Source of the DNA: Carcharhinus amblyrhynchos
Taxonomy: Eukaryota
Assembly (NCBI GenBank): GCA_965287045.1
Contig: OZ336878.1
Location: 104,656,001 to 104,720,000 of the forward strand
Direction: 5' to 3'
DNA: 64,000 nucleotides
Under the pieces are notes generated by a model. It worked only from the letters and a program-made list of their open reading frames with translations, was not told the origin of the DNA and did no database searches. Shown piece by piece: positions 50,437 through 62,386 of the stretch (its first letter is position 1; each line of letters begins with the position of its first letter). Made by a program: the position numbers and the translations under genes.

Positions 50437-53400
50437 CTATAAATGAAGTAAATACAGTTATCATGTGTGCTGACTAATTTGTGTTTGTGTTTTTAATTAT
50501 AGTCAAATAAACTGCTCAAATCGCACTACAGTTGAAATACGAATTCAACTAATAGACTGGAATTGAAAAGTTAGCTTTTGTAAAAGGTTACTATGGAACC
50601 AGCATTGATTATTTTAAAATTGCATCTGCATCATATTGTCTTTAAAGAAGGAAACGCACAACTGGTGATTGTGTTGGCTTATATGTGACTCCAGACCAAA
50701 AAGAACCTGTTTTTTCAACTGCTCTCTCAAATGGTTTGCAAAACTTTTCACCTCAAGAGCAATTAGGAATTGATAATGAATATTAGTACTACCTCACGAA
50801 AAATGTTTTTTTTTAACCAATAACGGTTAATGACGTGTTCAGAATAATGGAGGTAAGAGGAGGCGGTGTTAAACGATTGGGAGCTGACTGACACCCATTC
50901 ATTAGCCTTCATTTTACTAAAATCTACCCTAATATCAGACCTGGATGTCAAATCGCTGTCTGGTCCATTAATGTAAATTTATCGTTTTTTTTCATGTGGG
51001 ATTTTACCATTGATCAACGCACGCCAAAATGCAAAAAGAAAAGAACGAAAAACAGTCAGAAAACCTCCCGTTCAACACTTAACTTGACATGTTCTTCATG
51101 GAAAAAGATGAAGAGAAGCAAACAATAATCTACAACTCCCGATGTTCCCACACAATTTTCCTCGTCATGGGCAATTCACCTGACGTGTTCTGATCAGAAA
51201 CATCATTTATTTAAAACAATTGATTCAATTTAAGTGGGAAAAGTGAACAGGAAAACAAACAAAAGAAAATCGTTGAACACAGTGGTGTTATTCAGGAAGT
51301 CAGTTCTGAGCTTTTGCCGATTACTAGAGGGACAGATGTATGCTAAATATTGTTAGCCTACTATCCATGCCTAAACTGAAGTATAGTGCTCAATAATTAC
51401 GTCATGAAGATTGTCATTATACTTCAGAGGGCACTTTTAGTAATTTGTCAAATGATATGAAGGTGCTCAACATAAATACTTAGTTTCATAAGGTAAATTT
51501 GATTCAACTGGTTCTAACGATAAATGTATGGATCGCCAGAAAACAACAATTTAGGTTCATTGATAAAGACACGGGAAAGAAAACGAATAAATAATTATTT
51601 GGAAAGCGAGTTGCAGGGTTGTAAGTAGCACGGATGAAGGGGTCGTAACTTCCATTGCGTGGGTGGCTTAATTCCGAAATTTTTTCACATTTCAACATTT
51701 GACAAGTATAGTTGAAGCTCAGACGTCTTGGTATCAAGTATTTCTAGCTGAACAGATATTAGAAAAATGATTTGATACGTTACTGAATTGGATTCGGAGC
51801 ACATCGCTTGCTGCAATTAAAGATAGATAGTAAAAATGTCATCGGAACAACGTACAATATAGTCATGGCTTTTATTTTCAGTTGGTAAATGTTATTTCGG
51901 TCCGAATACGCAAATGACTCATTAGCCACATGTTGCCTTTTATCCACCGCTTCAAAAATTAGTCACATATTGACATAAACACAGCCTATCCTTGCTGAAA
52001 TTGATTTCCACATCAGAATTTCTTCTCATGTGGAGGCGTAGATTGCAGATCTAGATGGTGAAGAGTAACAGGGATATCGGAACATCACCACGTGAAAGTT
52101 TCCCTGTCAGGCACTCACAGTTGTGGCTTGAAAATGTTTCAGTGTTGCTTCGCAGTCACTGCGTCAAAATCCTGGAATTTCCTCCCGAAACGGAGTGCAG
52201 CAGTTCAAGAAGACAGCTTCCTGCCACCTTTCAAAGACAACTAGTGATGGACAATAAATGGGCAGTCAGTGACTCTCATGACCCAAGATGAACAAAAACA
52301 AATGGAGACCAGACTTCAATGTTATATTTCCCCTTCCAGCAAAGGAATGATCCGGCGATTTCTGGCCATAACATTAGCCCAATATTTACTCTAACAAGTT
52401 ATTACACTCCAAATGTACTTGATGAATTACTCAAAATGCATTTTCTGTTATTGTTTCTCCTTATGTCATCATAGAATTATGTACCTTATTACTCTATATA
52501 GTACCCATCTTGAATCATATTTCTGCACATTTTAGTCAAATTCTGCTTTAGGTAAGTATTTACGTCCATTAGTGCAATGATTTTGTTTGCCATTTCCTCA
52601 GAAACGTTTTGGCCAAGCGTTGCAAGTTCCACGCTTCGACAAGAACTTAATTTTTTCCAACCTGTTATAATGCTGATATAACTGAATGGTCTTATGCCTG
52701 TCCAGAAATGGAAGTCGTCAGTGCTAGTTGTACGCACTTTTTGAAGCCATTACTCAGTTGTTTTCTCATACCATTCGTTATGTCAGGCTCTGTGTTCATG
52801 GGTCATCCCAGCTTGCCCATCGGGTGTAACTCATCTCGTGTCTCCCCAAAGCCAGTTCCAATCTATAATGTAGAAGTCAAGGATATGATGGAAACATGTT
52901 CTGTTTCCCTCTCCCATCATTTAGGAAGGTCGACAACGCCGAAGAAGCAATATTTATGAACATACGTTACAGAAGCGTTCACTACCTCCAACGGCGATGT
53001 AGTTTAGCAGTGTTTAGCATCTCTAAGTAATGCTGCAGGCACTCACCGAGACACTTTTGCCACCACATTCTAAACCCGCAATAGTGCAATCTAGAGGGAC
53101 ACCGCGGCAGACACATGAGAACATCCTCTCCTGGATCTTCCCCGTCAAGACACTCGCCACCCTAAGTTGGAGATATATCAGCCCTCCTTCAGGGTAGCCA
53201 TGTTGAACACCTGGAATCACCAATTAGGAACGGGCAAACATTATTGGCCCAACGAGCGATTCTCCAGTCTGTTGAATTGTTACAAAACAGGCTATCTGGT
53301 GGCGAAATAATGCTTTGTGCACGTTTTGTTTGCCTTTATGGTGAGACATCATTACGAATTTACAAGGAACGCCTTTCCTTGCAGAACTGCCAGTTTTAGC

Positions 53401-53739
53401 ATGTTTGGCATGTCTGTAGATACCTCAGTGACATAGTGCTGGCCACTCTTGCGGTTACAAGCATTGTACAGTGCTGAGAAATGCTGGAATTGGAAATTAG
53501 TGTCTCGGTGAAAGATCGTAACCTTGAACACCATGATATCAGTTTGCAGGTACGGTCTTGGGCACCTGATGGCGTGAGCTTTTTCCCTCCACACACACAC
53601 ACAAAAACAGGACGTTAGAATGGGGCTATTAAACACTACTTAAAACATCCCATTGTCCTCAGTACTAGTGGCAAGTGATAACGTCCTCATCCTCTTGCCC
53701 CATGCACTTATGCCTCCGTGGCCAAATTCCGCTTCAAAA

Positions 53740-54545
53740 CCATCTAAAATATCACTGATGACCTCACAGTGGTCAGTCTGATGTCAACAAGTATCGGGAC
53801 GAAGTACAGGAAAGAGATAGGGATCTTGTGATATGGTGCAACAACAAGATTGTCTACCTTGAAGTCTGTAAAACGAAGAAGACAGTCCTCGACTTGAAGA
53901 AGCGTAGCAGAAGAAATGCCCATGCGTAGATTATAGGCGACGAAGTGGAAGTATTCGAGAATCTCATATTTTCTAGATGACCAGATCGCTAATAACATTT
54001 CCTGGACTTTCCCCACTGATGCTATAATTAGGAAAGTCTACCAACGCCTGTACCGTCTCAGGAGACGAAGGGAATTCCGCATGTCCGTTCCAACTCTCAC
54101 CATGTTTTACAGACCGTACACAGACAGTATCCATTCCGAAGTATCAACGCTTGGTATGGCGCCTACGCTGCCCAAAACCGCAAGAAACTACGAATACTTG
54201 TGAACGTAGCCCACGCCACAGCATCGATCAGACTCCTATCCTTTGACGCTGTCTGAACTTCCCACTGCATCGGCAAAACAGCCTGCAAAATCACAGACCC
54301 CACACAACGCCGAAAATAATATTTTCCACCGTCCTCTCTCGGCAAAAAAAACAGAACGCAAGAAAAGTTTCTTCCCTGCTGCTATCAGACTTTTAAACGG
54401 ACATTCCATATACTATGTCGATCTTTCTCTACAACCTTACGATGATTGCAATGAACACTATAATTTGCCCGAATAGCCTACAAAATCCAATATTTTTCAC
54501 CCTAACCCATATAAGTTACAATAATAAATGAAATCAAATCAAATA
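53740..54545 (+). mobile_element. Rex1/Babar-type LINE fragment
   Basis: Collinear with 35780-36568; KSFFPAAIRLLN; aaatcaaatcaaat tail. Confidence 0.8.
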
Positions 54546-55479
54546 GACAAAGTACATCGTGCGTCTCAATGTGTCACTCTTATTCAAGTTATATTGAGTT
54601 TTGGTGTCTATCCAGCTGGAGTAGCAAAAAATGGGACATTACCAGATCTTCCTTCCTTCAGTCAAGCTGATGTATGAGCATAAAGCCTATCTCAAAGACT
54701 CTACATTTATTTTGATTTCACTGATGATTCCGACTGAAGTTCAATTCATAATAAGCACTAGCATGTTGTAGTGTTAAAATCATTTCTAAAAATAATGATT
54801 GCAACAAAACGAAATTACGTTCCGATGCACAAGTCCATAGATGAATATAACAAGACATTGCTATGAGAAACATACGGCGGTTAAAGCCCTATGCCCATCC
54901 TTCTTCATTGTCATGACAAGAGTGGTTCAAGTGAAATTCCCATTAACTTATGAGAAGCTGTTCCTTTTATTTTAAGTTCTACCTTTTCTGAAGTGATGTG
55001 AGCCCAACTCCTCTGCAGCTCTCTTTGGGTCTCATGAGGCGGCATGACAAAATTTAGGAACATGTCCTGATTCCTTATTTAATGTCTCTATGTCTCATTT
55101 GATCGAACGGCTAGTGATGCCATATTTAAGAGCCCTTGGCATGTTATTCGTAACCCACTTTATTGCCTGCTGTAGGCAACATATGTTCCATGCAATCACT
55201 GATGGGAAGGGCTTTTGGAATGCTGGAGGATTATGATCCCACATTGGTGAATGGGCGACTTTATAATTACAAATGACAATGCGTTGTGCCTCAGAGAAAA
55301 AGAAAGGTAGGAGATGAGGTGCTTTCCTGTGTCTGCATTTAGCGGACAGAGTTCGCATAGTTCGAAGATGCAGTGGAAGTGAGATGCTGCATTGCACCCT
55401 TTTTGTGCCACAGGCTGCTTGCGCTGTGTGTCTTTGATAGAGTAAGCACATGCTGAAGTTGGCTTACGGAATGCAACTG

Positions 55480-56175
55480 AAGAGTTGGTGTCCTATATCG
55501 CTTCTTGAGTGACTTTGGTGTCACGGTGACAAAACACATTGTTTTTGCCTCTTTGGCTCCATTACAATTCTGCAAGGCATTGGTCAGGCCACACTTGGAG
55601 TACTGTGTTCAGTATTGATCACCTCTTTTGAGGAAAGATGAGGCGGAACTGGAGACAATATAGAAGAGGTTTACTAGATTAAGTCCAGGTTTGAAAGGGC
55701 TTGAAGAGTGGCGGTTGTGTAGCGAGGGCTTGTACATGATGAAGTACAGAAGAATGATGGGGGGTTTGATTGAGATGCATAAAATACTCAACTGAATTAT
55801 GAAAAAGTAAATGTTAACCACAAGTTCCCACTTCTAGAACAGTCTCGGACATGAGGTCATAGTTGTAGAGTAAGACGGTGAAGGTTGCGGTAAGTGAGAA
55901 AATAGTTTGACGCGTCTCACATAGTGTTGTGAATCTTTGGAAGTTATTGCCCCAGAATGCCGTAGATGCAGAAACAAACAATGGATTCAAGAAAGGCATA
56001 GTAAAATATTCGATCAAAAGCGGAATAAAAGGCCATGGGCTAAAGGAAGGCAAGTGGAGTTAGGATGAGATGGAGATCAGCCATGATCATATATGATAGG
56101 ATCATATATGATAGGATCATGGGCTCTAAGGGCTGAGTTGTCATCTCTCGCTCCAAATTCCTACCTTCATAAGTT
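55480..56175 (+). mobile_element. Old CR1 3' fragment
   Basis: caaggcattggtcaggccacacttggagtactgtgttcag; CR1-type 3' UTR. Confidence 0.75.
56085..56120. repeat. Tandem duplication, 15-nt period
   Basis: gatcatatatgatag x2 plus gatcat. Confidence 0.9.
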
Positions 56176-57379
56176 CCAATATTATGTTTGTCTGTTATGG
56201 GATGGAAGGAAGTCGACTGGTGTTGGATACTTTATTTGATAGTTGGAGTATACGATTGCTGGTAGATGTTGTAATAGAGTCTCTGGGCCTCCAGTTTAGT
56301 TGGAATTTGCTCTACTGTACACGGACATAATTCTACAAATTCACTAATTTCTTCAGTGTGGACATTCAGGTTCTTGAGTCCACTCTTCTTATTTAGGGGT
56401 TCTGCAGTTGGTACCTGCTTCTGAGATGATATAGTCGTTTGAGGATATTTCCTGGCACAGAAATTGAAGATGGTCACCTCATGCCTAACATGCTATTGTG
56501 TGTTGTGGACGCAGAAATTTCAAGGGCACCTTATCAATCAAACGGGCTGCTTGGCCCAATACAAATATAAGATGTTTAAGCGTTGTTGCAGCTTTAAGCA
56601 TTTACACATGTATTGCAAAACTTAACTTGTACACATCGTGGGAAGTAGCTGTGGGGTTAGGTGATTAATTCTTTGCTGCAGAAGTCAATATCACTGGTGT
56701 ACTTATACTTCCATTGATTTTGTTGTTCCTAATGAGACACTGATAATTTTTTAGCTAAACGCATTTCATATCGCTGGACAAGGTCGTTCAAGAACGAAGT
56801 ATGGATATGTAGAAATTTAAAAATCTTACCGGATGATAGTGATGTAAGACTTCTACGAGGCTTCGATTTGTCTGTGAATGGCGTTTTCTTGTTATTCTTT
56901 GCATAGATAGAGTATAATTGAATTTGTTTCGAGAGCTGCTAAAATGTTCCTTTCCATTTTGTGAATAATTTCCGATGGTTAACTTATTAGGCAATACGAA
57001 TTAGTCAACATAACTCCATGCTGCAATATGTTCTGTTCTTCCTTTCAGAAAATAGAGATCTATAGTGGTACTCGTGTGTGGCTACACAGGATTTGGCTTT
57101 CAATTGCTTCAATCCTCAGTCAGAAAAAAAAGGATAAACGCAATATTGTTCGTGTTTTGACGCATAGAGCAAATATGTTCTTTCATTAATGCATTATATA
57201 AACAATTATCACACGCGGTCAACAGTTCACATGAACATTTTTTGCATTATAAATGGATGATTTGTGTATGCCGTCAATATGTTGCAGATATATTACTCAA
57301 TAATATCAGAATCACCAAACAAATCACAGTATTCCATTCGGGATCTTAGAGCGAGGGTTCTGTACAACAGCATGAAACC

Positions 57380-57610
57380 ATATTGCGGAAAGGAAGTGGT
57401 ATTATTGTTGTTGACCGGAGAAATAAAATTTGCTCAGTGGTCAAAACGAACAAACGATAAAAAAAGAAGTCTCGCGAGATTTTGGCTTATCTGGCAACTT
57501 GCATTGAGAAAATTGACTGCTTAAATACTGCAATGCAAAACATTCAATGGCTGCAAAGTGCTTTCGAATGTTTGGCACTCATGAACCATTCCACATACAG
57601 ATAAATATAT
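57380..57610 (+). mobile_element. Possible ancient Deu-domain SINE 3' part
   Basis: cattcaatggctgcaaagtgctttcgaatg resembles the AmnSINE1/SacSINE1-type tail as recalled; weaker similar patches near 39930-40150, 51300-51480 and 53450-53580. Confidence 0.35.
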
Positions 57611-57739
57611 TCTGGCAATGTAAGGCAATGGTTATAACAGTTGCATCAGTTATGTTCTTGCACTGACGTATATTTCTATCACTTGTTTAGTTCATTAGAT
57701 ACATAATCCTGATTGGTCATACTAATTCGAAGGAAATGG

Positions 57740-58335
57740 ACACTTTTGTGCAAAGAACGCGTAGGGAGCACTGTTAACATCACTGCAAAATAGTGCAAAA
57801 CAGCTATGAAAGAAGCTAAGGAAATTTTGCATGTCAGCAATCACTCTCATCAACTCCAACAGATGCAGGATCGAAAATATTTTTTTTCTGCTTCTATCAA
57901 AGCTTGGTATAACTCCTGCTCTTACCAAAATAGCAAAGAGAACGAGGTCCAGTCCATCACGCAAACCAATTTCCCATCCGTTGATACTGTCTACATTTCC
58001 TGCTGCCTCGGAAAAACAGCAGCGTAATCAAGGACAACGTGAACCTCGGATATACATTCTTCCACTTTCATCCTCGGGAAAAGGATGCAAAATTTTGAGG
58101 ACACGTACCAACCGATTCAAGGACAACTCCTTCCCTGCCGCCATAAGACTTTTGAATCGACTTACCTCAGATTAATTTGATTTTTTTTAAACATACCATA
58201 TCTATGAGTGTAACACTAAAATCTGCACATCCCCCCTCCCTTCTCTATGTACGGCGTGCTCTATCTGCATAGCCTACAAGCAACAATAATACTAATGCAT
58301 GTAACGATATTAAATCAATACAAATAAAATCGATC
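57740..58335 (+). mobile_element. Rex1/Babar-type fragment
   Basis: RTRTNRFKDNSFPAAIRLLN. Confidence 0.8.
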
Positions 58336-58820
58336 AAATTTTTCTGAAACGCGCATTTTGTTTTACATAAAGAAAAGATTGCCTTCTTAGCACAAATGCA
58401 TTTCTGGACGTTATTTTCGCAAATGAGAGTGCTGCATAAAAGAAGAGAAAATGGTCCCAGATCATATTTTCTTGCATGCCTCAACTAATCTTCAGCGCGA
58501 TGGGTACACATATTGTCAGCAATACTGATGTACATGTTGTGCACCAGTTTCTAGTGGTCTTTTAAAAGAAATTATTTGCAGCCTGATTCTGAAATGGCAT
58601 CGAAAAAAAAACACGGAAACAACTTAATTGCATTGACATCAACAAGCAATGGCAAAACATTCGTCCGCTTGAGCAGCAAACATATACAATTTGTCAGCGG
58701 CAAAAAAAAACACCTTATTGCCTTCAATACTTGTTATGCTTTAGCTGCACATGAGATCTGCATCGTTTTAGGAAAACATGTATAAGTAGCAGAAAATTAT
58801 CTTCGACTTTAAAACATTAC

Positions 58821-58847
58821 CTTTCTCTCTTTGTTTCAGGTTGTCTT
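58821..58847 (-). CDS. Micro-exon (27 nt): EDNLKQREK
   Basis: tttgccttattag|AAGACAACCTGAAACAAAGAGAGAAAG|gtaatg. Confidence 0.8.
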
Positions 58848-59177
58848 CTAATAAGGCAAACGAGTAAGGCAAGAATGTGAAAACATATTGACTGTGAAGG
58901 CCTTGTATTTCTATATAATGATACACACATCGTTGTGCCCTGAAGAATGTGGATAAAGTGCACAAATGCCCTGACCCTTCCAGATCTTTTTGGCATGGTA
59001 AAGTATGCCTCATTATTGCTCTATCAATTGAGATTTTACTTAACAATATTTAGATTTTAAAACTCTGTTATCAGTACAATTTATTACGTGGAAATATGTT
59101 GCATAACAAGTGTGTCGAAATCGAGTGATATTTTAATCCTGAAACTGATTTCTTCTAATATATGAGGTTTTAATCAC

Positions 59178-59213
59178 CTGTCCTTTGCAGAGCTTGTTTC
59201 ATATTGTTTAGCT
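59178..59213 (-). CDS. Micro-exon (36 nt, phase 1-1) of coiled-coil gene: xLNNMKQALQRT
   Basis: Minus strand gttttgttttcttag|AGCTAAACAATATGAAACAAGCTCTGCAAAGGACAG|gtgatt; polypyrimidine acceptor, open frame. Confidence 0.8.
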
Positions 59214-60528
59214 CTAAGAAAACAAAACAACACAATGCGAGTCCTTTAATGACTGTTTTGTGTTCGCTTCCTGAGAATAGCAGATGAAAATAATATCGTC
59301 ACTGTCACTCGTATTTCTAATTATGAAGGGTATATTTACTTTGTACACTACCAACTGATGATGCGAGAGCAAGCCAAACTACATGTATGAAAAATTCCAT
59401 ATCTGACTCCAAGCACTGATTGCCTTGTTTAAGATTTGCCCTGCGTTAGGCCAATGAAAATGCAAGTTTAGATGTCTTACGTTATATTACAAAATGTTTA
59501 AGAAACGTCTTAGCGTATATGAAAAATCGTCTTGCAAGCATGTGAAACGGCGTATTGAATAATATTTCTGGTCAGATAAATTGTTTTATGGAATTAAAAA
59601 AAAACAACACCGTATTGTTGAGGTATGTTCTCTTTGGCTTATCATTCGCCATTGAAGTCTTCATCATGTAATGCATTGCCAATTGGCTTAAATATTAATG
59701 CGAAAGGGCACATAGAATAAGAGAGTTTCTGAGATGTGAAAAATAAATACTCAACTTGAATACAGCATGATTTTAGATGCCAGAGAATCATTTATCAATC
59801 ATGTCTTTTTCACAGGACGCTTTAATTTTACCACACGCACATAGGCAACTGACTATGGACTCAGCTGTAATTAATTTTATTTGTACGATTTTTCTTTCCT
59901 AATTGAAATTAATTTTGGTATAGAGTGGCATGATCACATCGATTCAACTTGGAATTGCTGCACGTGCGACGTATATTGTTTAATTGAATTCAGCCTCTAC
60001 ATAAGGAACATTACTCGAAAGATGCAAATTTCTTCCGAGCATTCACGAATTGGAGAAAGTAAGAACCTGTTTCGATAAATGAGTAACCTATTCATTACTC
60101 ATAGAATAATGTGCTCATATCGATAAGCCAACAAAGCGAGAAAAAAAGGTAGAAAACTGAAATACCAAGTCAGAAAGAAAAGGACATCAAAAGAAAGAAA
60201 AAAAAACATAAAAAGCATTTGCTCAGTAGCAGATAATTTGAATATTGCTGAAAAAAAATCTGCTGCTGCAGTAGAATTGTTTTTCTGCCACATTTAAGGA
60301 AAAACCGCAGAATGTCAAATATCAAACGTTCAGAGTAAACTGTACGGCAGCAGAGGTTGGCGTTGATTTTTTTTTGTACATCAGCTTTGATATGTTACTT
60401 TTAGCAAGAAAATAAAACGCTGTTTAAGAGTTCCATTGATCATGTTAAATAGATTGGTAACGTATTTATTAGTGGACTGAAAATTGTTCAGACTTTTTGG
60501 CCATATATGGAATTATCTCCAGCAATAC

Positions 60529-60555
60529 TTGTTTTCTGCCGTGTATTTGCAAAGG
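60529..60555 (-). CDS. Candidate micro-exon (27 nt): xFANTRQKT
   Basis: ctaacttcatcatccag|CCTTTGCAAATACACGGCAGAAAACAA|gtattg; right length and phase, weaker donor. Confidence 0.4.
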
Positions 60556-61059
60556 CTGGATGATGAAGTTAGATATTGTACTCTATGTATTATGAACAGC
60601 CGAAAAGACACAACAATTGATTCATTCAACCCTTCACTGGGAGGTACTAAACACTAGCATGACGCCGGCAGATTGGGTGTGCGTGTTTCAAGAGCAATGT
60701 TTTTCTGGTTGATGGCAACGTGAAAAGCATCACTCACGTAGCCAATATGCAATAGCAGAGTTAGAAACCTTTTTTTAAAATCGTGTTGTACACATTTTCG
60801 AGATACTTTACTTTTCAGAAGTCAGTTTCAGCTAGATCGGGCAATTTATAAGCCAGAATATTGCTGCCTTTGGCACATTTACGATGTTCCCAAATGTATA
60901 CTGAAAAATTCGTGTCAAAAAAAATAATTGACCAGCAAGACAATTTTCGTGCATTGCATTTATGAATAGAGGCTCAAGGTGAGAAAATAGCTAATTATAA
61001 GATTAGGGGACAGGCCAGTCTTAGGGAACATGGGATTATAGATACGTTAACGTAAATCG

Positions 61060-62090
61060 GGGAAAGGGAGCAGAAAACACTGAATAGGTGTAAGCCATTA
61101 TGTCGCATGCGTCTCTCCGTCATTAATAAGATCATGGTTGGTCTGATCGGAACGTAAAATTTCCTACTCTGATATCTGTCCATACCCTTCTCAACAGGAA
61201 TCAGTTCGAATTTGCGTTTTGTATAATCAAAACCTCTGTTCAAATCGCCTGTTTCATGAAGAGCATTCGGAGGACTTGTGGCCCTGTCGGAGATAAAAAG
61301 ACAAACAGTTGCCTCTGCTCCATTTCAGATGGGTGTCTCCTCACCTTTAAGCAAGTAGAACTAATTGTACATTCCGCCACCAGATAAGACATCGTTGCCG
61401 CATCCACAATATCTACTCAGCATCGTATATGCTGCAAGCAAGCCATCTCTTCCTCAACTGATTTCCAGTGGTCATAAGCGTAGCATCTCCAAGTTTTCTT
61501 CATACGTCAATCTGCCAATTTCATTAACATCCTTGTTAAAAAAAACTATGAATTGCCTTCAAAGTATTTGCACCCAACCTTAAATAAAATTATCACAATT
61601 CCCCAGATTGTATTCTATGAGAAAAGTTGTTGCCGCAAACTTAACCTTCTTATAATCCGCTGTAGCCTTTTGTGTTGACTTCACATCTTCCTTTCCAATC
61701 CATATTTGTACCATCTGAAAAATGGCAGCCATCGCCTGAAGCCCTTTAACAAGTTACTTGATATAAATTTTGAAGGACTTGAGGTTTCAGCTCACTGTTT
61801 TTGTGGTACAACATTTTTACTTCTTGGTAATCTGATAAAGACATGTTTATGCCTAATTCCTTTTCCAGTTTAGCCACATAACCTTCGATCCATGCCAACA
61901 TGTTAATTGACTTGCCAGGAGTGTTTGTTTTTTCGACATTGAACTTTGATATGGCGCATTACCAAATGTCATTCTTGTAAATCTAAGTAAGACATATCCA
62001 TCGGTTCCCCTTAATTTATAACACATGCTACCGATTGAAGTAGCTCCTATAAACTGGTTAAGCATATCTTTCCTCGCACAAAACCATGCT
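61060..62090 (-). mobile_element. Old CR1 fragments
   Basis: cattaataagatcatggttggtctg tail; degenerate RT (TFGNAPYQ, cf. AFDKVPHK). Confidence 0.55.
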
Positions 62091-62386
62091 AAGTTTGCGT
62101 GTATTGTGTGGACTGTGTATAAGCGTATGAATGTTGGAACTGAAAACTAAACATTCAACTTCAAATCACAGTGGGAAGGGAAATTGTTAAAAAAATTCGA
62201 ATATCTGTGCATAGGAGCTGGTTGTTGATAAATCATGGTACCTTCCACAAATTGAATGCTGTTTTTATACAAAAAATGCAATTTTCTCTTGAAACAATTG
62301 CGCAATGTTGCACTTAACTTACATTTTTGGTGCAACGTGTGACGCACAGACTGTACGCCCCAACGATTGGATACTCCATTCACGTA

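Noticed and set aside
56830-56871. 42-nt phase-1 candidate exon DKSKPRRSLTSLSS
   Set aside because: Weak acceptor and composition unlike the coiled-coil exons; a minor cassette exon cannot be excluded.
58840-58863. Plus-strand 24-nt exon (tttcag|GTTGTC...ACGA|gtaagg)
   Set aside because: Its pyrimidine tract is the antisense of the purine-rich minus-strand exon 58821-58847, and no plus-strand partner exons were found.
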